A stretch of 64,000 bases of DNA, taken from an uncultured Phycisphaera sp. (GTDB lineage Bacteria; Planctomycetota; Phycisphaerae; UBA1845). Shown here in pieces: positions 38,271 through 47,447 of this stretch. Below the pieces are notes generated by a model that made no database searches, was not told the origin of the DNA, and was given only the letters and a program-made list of their open reading frames with translations. Both the position numbers and the translations under genes were made by a program. Position 1 is the first letter of the stretch. Each line of letters starts with the position of its first letter. Where the stretch lies: positions 100,008-164,007 of the forward strand of contig CAZAMB010000005.1 of the NCBI GenBank assembly GCA_964486335.1, read 5' to 3'.

Positions 38271-39071
38271 ATGCGATATGTACTGAAAGACAAAGTCGTT
38301 CTTATTACTGGTGCGTCTGAAGGCATCGGCCGGGCCTGCGCCGTCGAGTTCCATCAGGCCGGCAGTTGCGTCGTGGCGGCCGCCCGGTCGTTGGAGAAAC
38401 TCGAGGCGCTGGCCTGCGAACTGGGCGATCGGGTGACGGCTTTTCGGCTCGACGTTACCGACAAGGTACAGCGGCAGGCCGCGGTCGCAGCAACTCTTGA
38501 GAAACATGGACGCATTGACGTGCTCATCAACAACGCCGGATGGGCGAGCTTCGGCACCGTGCTCAAGACGCCGCAAGAACATCTTAACCGGATGATCGAC
38601 TTGAACTTCCTTGGTCCGATCGCGTTGATCCAGGCGGTATTGCCGCAGATGATCGGACGAGGCAGCGGGCAAATCATCAACATCTCCTCCGTCGTGGGCA
38701 CACAGGCGATTCCACGCATGACGGTTTACAGCGCCACCAAGTCGGCGTTGAACGCGCTCTCCACCGGACTTCGCATGGAATTGCGCGGCACGGGCGTGGA
38801 CGTGCTTTCCGTTTCGCCCAGCTCCACCAACACGGCTTTCTTTCGATCGGCTGCAACGGTGGACGCCCGTGCAACACGCATTGCCGAGACTCAATACACG
38901 CCCGAGCGCGTCGCCCGCGCGATCGTCCGCTCGTCGCGGCGCCGTCGCGCCGAAGTCACGCTATCCTTAGAGGGAAAGACCATTACCACGATTCGGCGAA
39001 TTTCGCATCGACTAGCCGATGGTATCATGTTTCACGTAGCCAAGCGTGCGATGCCGGAAACGCGAGAATGA
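38271..39071 (+). CDS. Short-chain dehydrogenase/reductase
   Basis: Motifs: [18 protein letters not shown] and YSATKSAL (YxxxK). The start is at the internal Met 38271. Confidence 0.88.
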   Translation: MRYVLKDKVVLITGASEGIGRACAVEFHQAGSCVVAAARSLEKLEALACELGDRVTAFRLDVTDKVQRQAAVAATLEKHGRIDVLINNAGWASFGTVLKTPQEHLNRMIDLNFLGPIALIQAVLPQMIGRGSGQIINISSVVGTQAIPRMTVYSATKSALNALSTGLRMELRGTGVDVLSVSPSSTNTAFFRSAATVDARATRIAETQYTPERVARAIVRSSRRRRAEVTLSLEGKTITTIRRISHRLADGIMFHVAKRAMPETRE

Positions 39072-39096
39072 TCTGATCCTCTTGAGGACGGCTGGT

Positions 39097-40200
39097 ATGT
39101 CGGAATCGCATGGTTCGCCCCGTCGTTTGAACGCGTTGGATCGATTTCTTACGCTCTGGATTTTCCTGGCCATGGGAGCGGGCGTACTCCTTGGATACGG
39201 AATTCCCGGCGTGGAGGCGTTCGTCCATCGATTTCAGGTCGGCACGACCAACATTCCCATCGCGCTCGGTTTGATCCTGATGATGTACCCACCGCTGGCG
39301 AAGGTGCGCTACGAGAAGCTTGGCGACGTCTTTCGCAACACGCGGATTCTCGGCCTGTCGCTGTTGCAGAACTGGGTGATCGGGCCGATTCTCATGTTCG
39401 TGCTCGCCGTCCTTTTTCTGGGTGACCACCCGCAATACATGACCGGACTCATCATGATCGGGCTTGCCCGGTGCATTGCGATGGTGATTGTCTGGAACGA
39501 ACTGGCGTGCGGCGACGCCGAATACGCGGCGGGGCTGGTCGCATTCAATGCGGTGTTTCAGGTGTTGTTCTATTCGATCTATGCATGGTTGTTCATCACC
39601 ATCCTCCCGCCGATGCTCGGATTGGCCGGCGCCGTCGTGGAGGTCACGATATCGCAGATCGCATGGAGCGTGTTCATCTACCTGGGCATCCCCTTTCTGG
39701 CCGGTTTGCTCACGCGAATCGCGCTGGTTCGCATGCGCGGGCAGACGTGGTATGAGCAGCAATTCATCCCGCGCATTTCGCCGATCACACTGATGTCGCT
39801 GTTGTTCACCATCATCGTGATGTTCTCGCTGAAGGGCGAGATGATCGTCCGGCTTCCCATGGACGTGGTTCGCATCGCCATTCCTCTTTGCATCTACTTC
39901 GTGGCCATGTTCTTCGTTTCATATGCCATGGGGCGAGCGATTGGGGCCGATGATGCGAGGACCACGACGATCGCCTTCACCGCTGCTAGCAACAACTTCG
40001 AACTGGCGATCGCGGTGGCCGTCGCGATATTCGGAATCAACTCCGGAGCGGCTTTCGCTGCGGTGATCGGTCCCTTGGTCGAGGTTCCGGTGATGATCGC
40101 CCTGGTGAATGTGTCGCTGCGTTTTCGTCGGCGGCACCTCGACCCCGACCAATCTGCTCGGGCGACAGCAACTGGCGGAACATCGGAAAAGACCATATGA
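39097..40200 (+). CDS. acr3: ACR3-family arsenite efflux permease
   Basis: [23 protein letters not shown]...[22 protein letters not shown]...[11 protein letters not shown] is typical of the ACR3/ArsB(Acr3) family. No arsR or arsC is adjacent. Confidence 0.88.
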   Translation: MSESHGSPRRLNALDRFLTLWIFLAMGAGVLLGYGIPGVEAFVHRFQVGTTNIPIALGLILMMYPPLAKVRYEKLGDVFRNTRILGLSLLQNWVIGPILMFVLAVLFLGDHPQYMTGLIMIGLARCIAMVIVWNELACGDAEYAAGLVAFNAVFQVLFYSIYAWLFITILPPMLGLAGAVVEVTISQIAWSVFIYLGIPFLAGLLTRIALVRMRGQTWYEQQFIPRISPITLMSLLFTIIVMFSLKGEMIVRLPMDVVRIAIPLCIYFVAMFFVSYAMGRAIGADDARTTTIAFTAASNNFELAIAVAVAIFGINSGAAFAAVIGPLVEVPVMIALVNVSLRFRRRHLDPDQSARATATGGTSEKTI

Positions 40201-40256
40201 TTCGTTCCGCGACGGCCAACGAACAAACACGCTGATTAAGGGTCGATTCAACCTGG

Positions 40257-41768
40257 ATGGAACGAAAGAGCGTTTACCTTGAGACAATGGGCTGCCAGAT
40301 GAACGTGCTCGACAGCGAGCTCGTCATGGGACAGCTTCGCGCATTGGGTTATTCGCCTACGAGCGCCATGACCGAAGCCGATGTCGTGCTGCTCAATACT
40401 TGTTCGGTGCGAGACCACGCCGAGCAGAAAGTTCTTTCCCGGCTTGGCGCGCTTAAGAAAACAAAATCTAGCCGACCCGACATGGTGGTGGGTGTGATCG
40501 GCTGCATGGCCGAGCGCGACCCCGACGGCATCTTCAGCAAAATGCCGCACGTGGATTTGGTTTGCGGGCCGGGTGAACTGAACAAGGTGCCGGCTCTGAT
40601 CGAGGACGTTCGGGCGACGCGATCGCGCGCAATTGCCCTTGCCCAATCGCTTTCACGTAAGAGCACGCCGCTGGATCGCGGTTTGGAGTACGATTCCGTC
40701 GAAGCGCTCGATCTCTCGCGCGACCCCGCGCCCGGTGAATCCGTGCTCCAGTCTTACGTTCGCGTGCAGAGGGGCTGCGACAAGTTTTGCACGTTTTGCG
40801 TCGTTCCGTTCACTCGCGGACCGGAACGGAGTCGGCCGCCGTCGCAGATCGTCGATGAGGCTCGAATGCTCGCTGATCGCGGCGCTAAGGAGATCACGCT
40901 TCTTGGACAGACGGTCAACAGCTATGTGCAATCGGAAGACGGAAAAGAGGTTCGATTTGCGGATCTGCTCGAGCGCGTCAGTGCGGTTCCCGGTGTCGAA
41001 CGAGTTCGTTTTGTCACGAGCTACCCCGGCGATTTTACTGATGACATTTTGCAGGCCATGCGCGATTTGCCCCAAGTGTGCGAATACTTACACCTTCCGG
41101 TGCAGAGCGGAAGCGACACCGTCTTGCAGCGCATGCGTCGCCAGTACAGCGTTTCGCAATACACTGAACTGATCGACCGCGCCCGACAGTATGTCCCAGA
41201 CATCGCCATCGCAAGCGACTTTATCGTCGGATTCTCGGGTGAGACTCAAGAGGATCACGAAGCCACGAAGCGACTAATCGAGCGATGTATGTTCAAGAAC
41301 ATCTTCGTCTTCAAGTACTCGACGAGGCCCGGAACGGTGGCGGACAAGCGCATGGACGATGACGTTTCGGAATCCGTCAAGCGTGGACGCAACGTTGAAT
41401 TGCTGCGTCTGCAAGAGGGCATTTCGATGGAAGCCAATCAGCGAATGATCGGGCGCGAAGTCGAAGTGCTCGTGGAAGGTTTCAGTAAGGCCGCACTGAA
41501 GGCGCAGGAATCGGAGCAGGATCGCGGCCAGGAAGTCGGGTGGCGGCGCGGCGACCAATTGGTTGGCCGAACGCGACAAGATCAGATTGTTGTCTTTTCA
41601 GGTGATCGACGTTTGATCGGCAATTTCATTTCGGTCCGCGTCGTTGCGGCAACCGCGCTGACGTTGCACGCCGAATTCAAGAGGGGTGACAACGGCCGTG
41701 TGACGAGCGACCCTCTCGCGGATCGGCTTCCGGTCGCTACCCTCCCGATTGTTTGTGGTTCCGGTTGA
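40257..41768 (+). CDS. miaB: tRNA-i6A37 methylthiotransferase MiaB
   Basis: 503 aa. An N-terminal UPF0004 Cys triad is followed by the radical-SAM motif CDKFCTFC and a TRAM domain. Confidence 0.92.
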   Translation: MERKSVYLETMGCQMNVLDSELVMGQLRALGYSPTSAMTEADVVLLNTCSVRDHAEQKVLSRLGALKKTKSSRPDMVVGVIGCMAERDPDGIFSKMPHVDLVCGPGELNKVPALIEDVRATRSRAIALAQSLSRKSTPLDRGLEYDSVEALDLSRDPAPGESVLQSYVRVQRGCDKFCTFCVVPFTRGPERSRPPSQIVDEARMLADRGAKEITLLGQTVNSYVQSEDGKEVRFADLLERVSAVPGVERVRFVTSYPGDFTDDILQAMRDLPQVCEYLHLPVQSGSDTVLQRMRRQYSVSQYTELIDRARQYVPDIAIASDFIVGFSGETQEDHEATKRLIERCMFKNIFVFKYSTRPGTVADKRMDDDVSESVKRGRNVELLRLQEGISMEANQRMIGREVEVLVEGFSKAALKAQESEQDRGQEVGWRRGDQLVGRTRQDQIVVFSGDRRLIGNFISVRVVAATALTLHAEFKRGDNGRVTSDPLADRLPVATLPIVCGSG

Positions 41769-41785
41769 CGCCTTGCGAAAACTGC

Positions 41786-42169
41786 ATGGCCCAGCTATAC
41801 TTCCCAGTCATGACTTCGAGCCATTCCACGGTTGCACCGCCGCGAACGCTGCCGGCTCCCGAGACGCTGGAGGACACGCGCGCTCACCATCAGCTTCTGC
41901 CGATGTATCATGTTGTCCTGCTTGATGACAATGACCATACGTATGACTACGTGATTTCCATGCTTCGAAAGCTCTTTGGCATGACGACCGAACAGGCCTT
42001 CGTTCACGCCAACGAAGTGGACACGCAAAAACGAGTGATCCTCGATACGACCACGCTCGAAAGGGCTGAGTTAAAGCGGGATCAGATTCACACGTTTGGG
42101 CGCGATTGGCGCATTCCTCGTTGTGCCGGCAGCATGTCCGCGGTCATTGAGCCGGCCGGCGACCGATAA
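41786..42169 (+). CDS. clpS: ATP-dependent Clp protease adaptor ClpS
   Basis: YHVVLLDDNDHTYDYVISMLRKLFGMTTEQAFVHANEVDTQKRVIL is the typical ClpS core. The start is ambiguous between 41786 and 41810. Confidence 0.88.
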   Translation: MAQLYFPVMTSSHSTVAPPRTLPAPETLEDTRAHHQLLPMYHVVLLDDNDHTYDYVISMLRKLFGMTTEQAFVHANEVDTQKRVILDTTTLERAELKRDQIHTFGRDWRIPRCAGSMSAVIEPAGDR

Positions 42170-42309
42170 GCCCACAGAGATAGACACTTTTCTCAAGCCC
42201 ACTGAATTCGCGGGCCTGCGGTGCTTCGCTTGCGAATCGGCAGAATGTGTTTTTTTCGAGTCGTTGACAGCCCGAAACGACCCGGCTAACGTTTGGAAGC
42301 GATGTCTTT

Positions 42310-42381
42310 GCGGGTGTAGCTCAGTGGTAGAGCGTCACGTTGCCAACGTGAATGTCGAGGGTTCGAGCCCCTTCACCCGCT
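42310..42381 (+). tRNA. tRNA-Gly (anticodon GCC)
   Basis: GCGGGTG-TA-GCTC-AGTGGTA-GAGC-G-TCACG-TTGCCAA-CGTGA-ATGTC-GAGGG-TTCGAGC-CCCTT-CACCCGC-T. The cloverleaf was folded by hand. The T-stem has one G-T pair. Confidence 0.92.
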
Positions 42382-42489
42382 GTTCCTGACGCGCCGTACC
42401 ACGAAGCGACACAGGCGTGCAACCTTTGACTCCAACGCTAGTTACAGCGACCGATTCTCGGCTTTCCTAGATTCTCATTGCCTGGTCGC
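42336..42489 (+). repeat. Island direct repeat, left copy (tRNA-Gly anticodon arm to 3' end plus 108 nt downstream)
   Basis: Gap-free hand alignment with 53567-53720. The tRNA part is 41/46 identical and the downstream part is about 79/108 identical. Confidence 0.85.
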
Positions 42490-42557
42490 TTTTGCCAGAA
42501 AGTGACCGGAATGGACCGCAGTGGACGCCCATTCGTGCAAGGTCTAGTGCGAATTGA
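42396..42557 (+). pseudogene. Decayed copy of the 5' part of the island HTH gene
   Basis: In the frame equivalent to 53627, the translation is VPRSDTGVQPLTPTLVTATDSRLS*ILIAWSLLPESDRNG... The intact copy reads MPASDIAVQLLTPARVTTTDSCLSQVYISWSRFELSKRAG... An in-frame TAG lies at 42468-42470. Confidence 0.45.
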
Positions 42558-42653
42558 ACTCGATGAAAATGCTACGAGGGTTGTGAATTGGCGGGCTTCG
42601 ATTGGTGGTGGGTCGACGCTCGGAGATTCGTCGACCAGTGCGCTCAAAGTAGA

Positions 42654-43166
42654 ATGGAAATGGTCATGGGAATTCGCAACGTCATGGCAGCATTTGAGGC
42701 AATCGATCGTTGCGTCACGAGATGGATGGCTCGTTATGGGCAGCTGCTCCTTCGATTAAGCTTGGCCTTTGTTTTCCTCTGGTTTGGCGCCTTGAAATTC
42801 TTTCCCGAAATGAGCCCCGCCCAGGAACTCGCCACGCGTACCATTGGTTATTTGACCGGCGGTTGGGTCGGCCCAGGTCTGTCCGTTCCTGCACTCGCGG
42901 CGTGGGAGTGCCTGATTGGGCTTGGACTCCTCATCGGAAAGGGACTGCGCGCCGTCCTGTTCCTTCTATACTTGCAGATGATGGGTACGTTGACGCCCGT
43001 GGTCCTCTTTCCCGAAGTAGTGTTTTCCCGCATTCCTTTCGTTCCGACCTTGGAAGGACAGTACATCATTAAGAACCTCGTATTGATCAGTGCAGGCATT
43101 GTGATCGGCGCGACTGTTCGCGGTGGCAAGCTGGTCGCCGAGCCGCACGCCGTTGTGGACGAATGA
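42654..43166 (+). CDS. Integral membrane protein (DoxX/DUF417-like)
   Basis: Four hydrophobic segments are present. LLLRLSLAFVFLWFGALKF is typical of DoxX/YkgB-like proteins. The start is chosen at Met 42654. The family is tentative. Confidence 0.6.
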   Translation: MEMVMGIRNVMAAFEAIDRCVTRWMARYGQLLLRLSLAFVFLWFGALKFFPEMSPAQELATRTIGYLTGGWVGPGLSVPALAAWECLIGLGLLIGKGLRAVLFLLYLQMMGTLTPVVLFPEVVFSRIPFVPTLEGQYIIKNLVLISAGIVIGATVRGGKLVAEPHAVVDE

Positions 43167-43168
43167 AC

Positions 43169-43627
43169 TTACAGAGTACGCCGGACGGTTTCACGCTCCC
43201 ATTCCAGGCATTCGGCAATCCATAAGGAAAGCTCGGCGGCCAGGTCCGCTCGCAGGAGGATGTACGAGCCCCGACCGTATTTTTCGTCGACTGGATGCAA
43301 CACGGCATGGGCGGCGGGTGTGGTCAATTCCAATTAGCCTACCGTCATCGACGCCCGTTCGCTCTTCAGCGGTCCGGTCAGTGCGAGCATTTGATAGATC
43401 AATTCCCATTCTCGTCTTGCGCGTTCGAGATGAGCAATCAGTTCTAGGTTATACGACTGTATATTGTGCGCTCGCTCCATGGCGGCATGCAAATCATTCA
43501 ACGTCAGAGCCGCTCGCTTCCACGTGGCCCGACTTTCGCGAGTTCGCCACTCCTCGCTTGAAAGCACGACTTCGCGTCTGTACTCCGCAAGAGGCCGCGA
43601 CTGGGCGACGAGCAAAAACCGTTTCAA
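43169..43627 (-). pseudogene. Hypothetical gene interrupted by an in-frame TAA
   Basis: The 97-aa ORF 43334..43627 ends ...ASMTVG-TAA. The same frame continues LELTTPAAHAVLHPVDEKYGRGSYILLRADLAAELSLWIAECLEWERETVRRTL to the TAA at 43169-43171. Confidence 0.45.
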
Positions 43628-44055
43628 TTCAGATTCAGTCGAGGCGCTTCGCGGGAGACACTGATCTTTGGTTCAGACGGGAGCGCAAAAAGTTGCCAAA
43701 TGCGTCCGGGGCGTTTGCTTGAGAATGAAGTATGAGACAGAATCCCGATACTCTTCAGCTTGAGGCACACTAATGCGACCCAGTTTTAATACAATTTGGC
43801 AAAACGGGCGCTTTACAGGATCTTTGACGCAACATCTCAAAAAGATTGCTCAATTGAGTAGATCGACTTTCAATTGCGAACGCTACTTGAAAGCGCTTCT
43901 TAATATTATCATACTATCAACTGATGCTCGTCTCATTAGAACGAAAGGACTCTCGGAGTTTTTGCGGCAGCGTGTTCCGCATTCGGGCCTCATATCAAAT
44001 TCGGCCTGAGCGGGGCTGACAAGGACGTTGAGCTGTCCTACCCAATCATGACGCT

Positions 44056-45465
44056 GTGCCATCGAAAAGTGTTTGGCTGAGGTTTTTCTGTGAAGGCCGT
44101 TGCCTTTCGAGGGCCGCGCTGGCGCGGTCGCTTGCGGACCAAGGCGTATCGGTCGTGGATCCTTTGTCAGAGCGCGAGTCCGGCCCCGGAATTGTCGTAT
44201 TCCAAATTGTTAATTCCGAGCTCTGTGAGCTGATGTCCAAAGTCTCATGTTGTGGTTCGGAACGAGTGCTCGCTTTGGCCGATACTCCATCTGTACTTAA
44301 AAAAGGAGACGTTTGGCGCCTTTTGCACGCCGGCGCGGCGGATGTATTTGATTGGGTGGAATCGGCCAATCCGGCACGGGAGATCGCGATCCGGTTGACA
44401 CGTTGGACCGAGGTCGACGAAATTGTCAAATCATCTCTGGTTCGGGAAAACCTGATTGGACATAGTCGAATTTGGAACGACCTCCTTCGACAAATCGTCG
44501 AAGTAGCGCGATTTTCCGAAGCCTCGATTCTGATAACAGGAGAGAGTGGAACCGGTAAGGAATTGATTGCCCGTTTGATCCATACACTCGATGCCCGGCC
44601 AGACAAAGGTGAACTCGTCGTGCTCGACTGCACAACGATTGTACCGGAACTCGCTGGAAGCGAATTCTTTGGTCACGAGCGTGGGGCCTTTACCGGAGCG
44701 ATTGTCGCACGTGATGGCGCCTTCGCGCTGGCGAACGGCGGCACGCTTTTCCTCGACGAAGTCGGAGACCTACCACGGACGTTGCAGGCGCAGTTGCTTC
44801 GCGTGATACAGGAACACACCTATAAACGTGTAGGAGGCAACCAATGGTGCCAGTCGCATTTTCGATTGTTGTGTGCCACGAACAAGGACTTGACGGTTGA
44901 GGTGAAGGAAGGGCGATTTCGCGCCGACTTGTACTACCGAATTGCAGATTGGACGATTCGATTGCCCCCACTTCGTGACCGTACCGAGGACATTCCCCTG
45001 TTGGCTCGACACTTCATCCAAGCCCATGGCCACCATCGGAGCGATTTCAATTCCGAAGTGACCGAGTATCTGTTGTCTCGGGACTACCCGGGAAACGTTC
45101 GCGATCTGAAACAAGTGGTGGCGCGAATGAGCCATCGACACGTTGGCCAGGGCGAAATCACCGTCGGAGCGATCCCGCCCACGGACCGGCCTCAGGCGGA
45201 GAGTCCGTTGGATAGATGGAGCGACAGAGTGTTCGAACTACCGGTTCGACACTCTCTGGCAGTTGGCGTGGGACTGAAGGAAATCGGCCGAATTGCCGAG
45301 GAGACCGCCGTTCAGATCGCTCTCGCGGAAGAAGGCGGAAATCTGCAGCGAGCCGCTCGACGATTGAAAGTGTCGGATCGCGCCTTGCAGCTCCGACAAG
45401 CCAACGGACGAGGACCCAAGGAAGCGCCCAGCGACCCCGTCATCGAGGGACGGACGCCTGCGTAG
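44056..45465 (+). CDS. Sigma-54-dependent transcriptional activator (bacterial enhancer-binding protein)
   Basis: 469 aa with a GTG start. The AAA+ core has GESGTGKE (Walker A), GGTLFLDEVG (Walker B) and an intact GAFTGA loop (ERGAFTGA). The C-terminal Fis-type HTH is GNLQRAARRLKVSDRALQLR. The N-terminal ~140 aa sensor domain is not assignable by eye. Confidence 0.9.
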   Translation: MPSKSVWLRFFCEGRCLSRAALARSLADQGVSVVDPLSERESGPGIVVFQIVNSELCELMSKVSCCGSERVLALADTPSVLKKGDVWRLLHAGAADVFDWVESANPAREIAIRLTRWTEVDEIVKSSLVRENLIGHSRIWNDLLRQIVEVARFSEASILITGESGTGKELIARLIHTLDARPDKGELVVLDCTTIVPELAGSEFFGHERGAFTGAIVARDGAFALANGGTLFLDEVGDLPRTLQAQLLRVIQEHTYKRVGGNQWCQSHFRLLCATNKDLTVEVKEGRFRADLYYRIADWTIRLPPLRDRTEDIPLLARHFIQAHGHHRSDFNSEVTEYLLSRDYPGNVRDLKQVVARMSHRHVGQGEITVGAIPPTDRPQAESPLDRWSDRVFELPVRHSLAVGVGLKEIGRIAEETAVQIALAEEGGNLQRAARRLKVSDRALQLRQANGRGPKEAPSDPVIEGRTPA

Positions 45466-46282
45466 CCGGCGAAGGTTGGAGCCATGGCTCATTTGGCTCG
45501 ACCATCGGTCTGGAGGGCTTGGCGCCAAAGTGAACGGAACCGACGGGGTTTCGCGAGACTTGGGAAATGAGCCTCAGGATATTCCCGCCGAGAACAAGTC
45601 GCGCGTACTGGGGCGACATGCCAAGCGCTCGAACCTTGGCCAACTCGACGCCAGGATGCAACCAAGGACCGTCGGAACCAAACAGAATTTTTCTTGCGCC
45701 GGCACGATGAAGCGCTTCTTCGAGCAGATCGAACCTTCTTACACCGGACGTATCGGTATGGACATTGGGGTAACGAGTCAGTATGTCCAGGAACGCTCGC
45801 TGGGCGCGCCAGTCGTCTGCGAAGCTGCCCAGATGCGGGATAATGAAATTGACGCCGGCGTATTCCGAAGCGATCAACTCTACCTGCGAGACCTCGCCCA
45901 TCACATCGTAGAGGATGGGCAATGACCAGCGTTTCGCGGCTGCGCAAACCTCTCTTGTGATGGAAGCGTTGTACCGATGGACCTTGATTCCGCGAAATCC
46001 ATGCACGTGCACCGCCTCGTCGATCATCGCCTGCATTCGACCCCGGTCGGCATGTGGGTGGACGAAGGCAAAGCCGATAAAACGACCATTGGATTGAGCG
46101 ACAATTCTCGCCACTTCGCGGTTGGCGGTTCGGTAGTCGGAATGAAACGCAGGGAAGAGTACAGTTCGGCGAATCCCGGCCGCGTCGGCCCGAGCAATGT
46201 ACTTCCCAAGCGGCGCAGCGGTGTCCCAGGGACCCGTCAATCCGTCTCCGCGACCGGCATGGCAATGGCAGTCAATGATCAT
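45440..46282 (-). CDS. Amidohydrolase_2-type (TIM-barrel metal-dependent) hydrolase
   Basis: 280 aa. MIIDCHCH starts the protein, with IPHLG and ILFGSDGPW further on. It is the last gene of the island operon. Its 3' end overlaps the EBP gene 3' end by 26 nt (convergent). Confidence 0.82.
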   Translation of the reverse strand: MIIDCHCHAGRGDGLTGPWDTAAPLGKYIARADAAGIRRTVLFPAFHSDYRTANREVARIVAQSNGRFIGFAFVHPHADRGRMQAMIDEAVHVHGFRGIKVHRYNASITREVCAAAKRWSLPILYDVMGEVSQVELIASEYAGVNFIIPHLGSFADDWRAQRAFLDILTRYPNVHTDTSGVRRFDLLEEALHRAGARKILFGSDGPWLHPGVELAKVRALGMSPQYARLVLGGNILRLISQVSRNPVGSVHFGAKPSRPMVEPNEPWLQPSPATQASVPR

Positions 46283-46442
46283 GGAATCAACCTGAAAATC
46301 GTGATGGACCGCCTGCGGTAGTTGAAGTTCATTGCCGATGCGTCATGGATTCGTCGCCTCTGGGACTTCAGTAACATCTCCGACAAGACCAATTGAATAC
46401 CGGGCCGTCTGTTCACAATTGCCGAAGCGATTTGATTTTAGT

Positions 46443-47447
46443 TTATAGAATCGCACCCGATCGAGATTTGAACCAGGGGGTCAACCGTCTGGCGCCGTCC
46501 AGATTCAGTTCGGTGTGAATGTGATTCGTATGCGGACTAGGGCCAGCATAGTTTCCGTCCTTTCGGCCACTCCGTGAACCATTCCATTTGATACGATTCC
46601 AAATAACGAACTGAATTCCGATGGCCGAAGCATTTTGTACAAGCCAGTTCGCTATCGGATCTCCGACGGCGGAGTTTGCTTGGTGATCTATTTCGCGAAT
46701 CATGATGTCGAGAGCGCGCCCCACCCCGTGAACGGAGGTTTCTGACGGAGTTGCTGAATTAAATCGACATGCATAACCACCGACGGAATCAACGCCTGGA
46801 AACGTCCTTCGTATATAGGTTCCCAGTTCGGCCGCGCCAGGTGTAAACGTGCCGCTGCAATTGCGTCCATTGGCCCACGGTGGAGGACTATCATAGCGAA
46901 CAAACTGTGCTTCGCCGGCAGCGCGAACGTCGGCGGGTAGCACCCATTTCTCGCTCGAAATCGACGGGCTCGGAGAATCCGGCATACTTCCCGTGAGTCG
47001 CTCCCAGGTCCGTCTGCCGACAATGCCGTCAACCGTCAAGCCGTTCGCTCGCTGAAATGTCAGTACCGCCGCTCTCGTAAGGGGACCGAAGGCCCCATCC
47101 TCAGAAAGGCGGCTTTGTCCGGGCGCGGCGTTAGTCGCAATCCAAGCATTAAGTCGTCTTTGCAATTCGATGACAGCCGCTCCGCGCGAACCGGTTCGCA
47201 GCGTTGGCCAAGTTGGTGACTCGTTGAGAATCTCGTCGAACGATAACTCGTCAAGACCAAGTTCATGACCAGGGGACTGCTCAATTTGAAGTACACCGGG
47301 CAAGATCTCATCCAGCTCGGTTGAAAATGGCGATTGATGATCCAGCGGCAGGATGATGTTGCGGCCATGTCGAAACCAGCGGCCGCCTCGTTTTGCACGC
47401 AGGCCACTTGTTTTTCTTACAGAAGATGATGCGCGCAGTCTGTTCAT
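46443..47447 (-). CDS. Peptidoglycan-binding-domain protein with C-terminal LAS-like metallopeptidase-type motifs
   Basis: Start at the ATG at 47447, which makes an ATGA overlap with the upstream stop. The PG_binding_1 repeat is GSRGAAVIELQRRLN...DGAFGPLTRAAVLTFQRANGLTVDGIVGRRTWERL. The C-terminal part has SVHGVGRALDI and HTNHIHTE. The catalytic assignment is inference. Confidence 0.75.
   Translation of the reverse strand: MNRLRASSSVRKTSGLRAKRGGRWFRHGRNIILPLDHQSPFSTELDEILPGVLQIEQSPGHELGLDELSFDEILNESPTWPTLRTGSRGAAVIELQRRLNAWIATNAAPGQSRLSEDGAFGPLTRAAVLTFQRANGLTVDGIVGRRTWERLTGSMPDSPSPSISSEKWVLPADVRAAGEAQFVRYDSPPPWANGRNCSGTFTPGAAELGTYIRRTFPGVDSVGGYACRFNSATPSETSVHGVGRALDIMIREIDHQANSAVGDPIANWLVQNASAIGIQFVIWNRIKWNGSRSGRKDGNYAGPSPHTNHIHTELNLDGARRLTPWFKSRSGAIL

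Noticed and set aside
43797-43812. TGGCAAAACGGGCGCT upstream of the EBP gene as a sigma-54 promoter
   Set aside because: GG and GC are correctly spaced, but the -12 region lacks the TTGC context. It is about 245 nt from the GTG start. The match is too weak without a scored scan.
46321-46338. Second sigma-54-like string (minus strand TCGGCAATGAACTTCAAC) upstream of the amidohydrolase gene. It resembles the 53183-53198 promoter in the GGCA..GAACTT part.
   Set aside because: The -12 element reads TTCA rather than TTGC, so the essential GC is missing. The -24 element starts CGGC. This may be chance or a decayed internal promoter, and I cannot support it.
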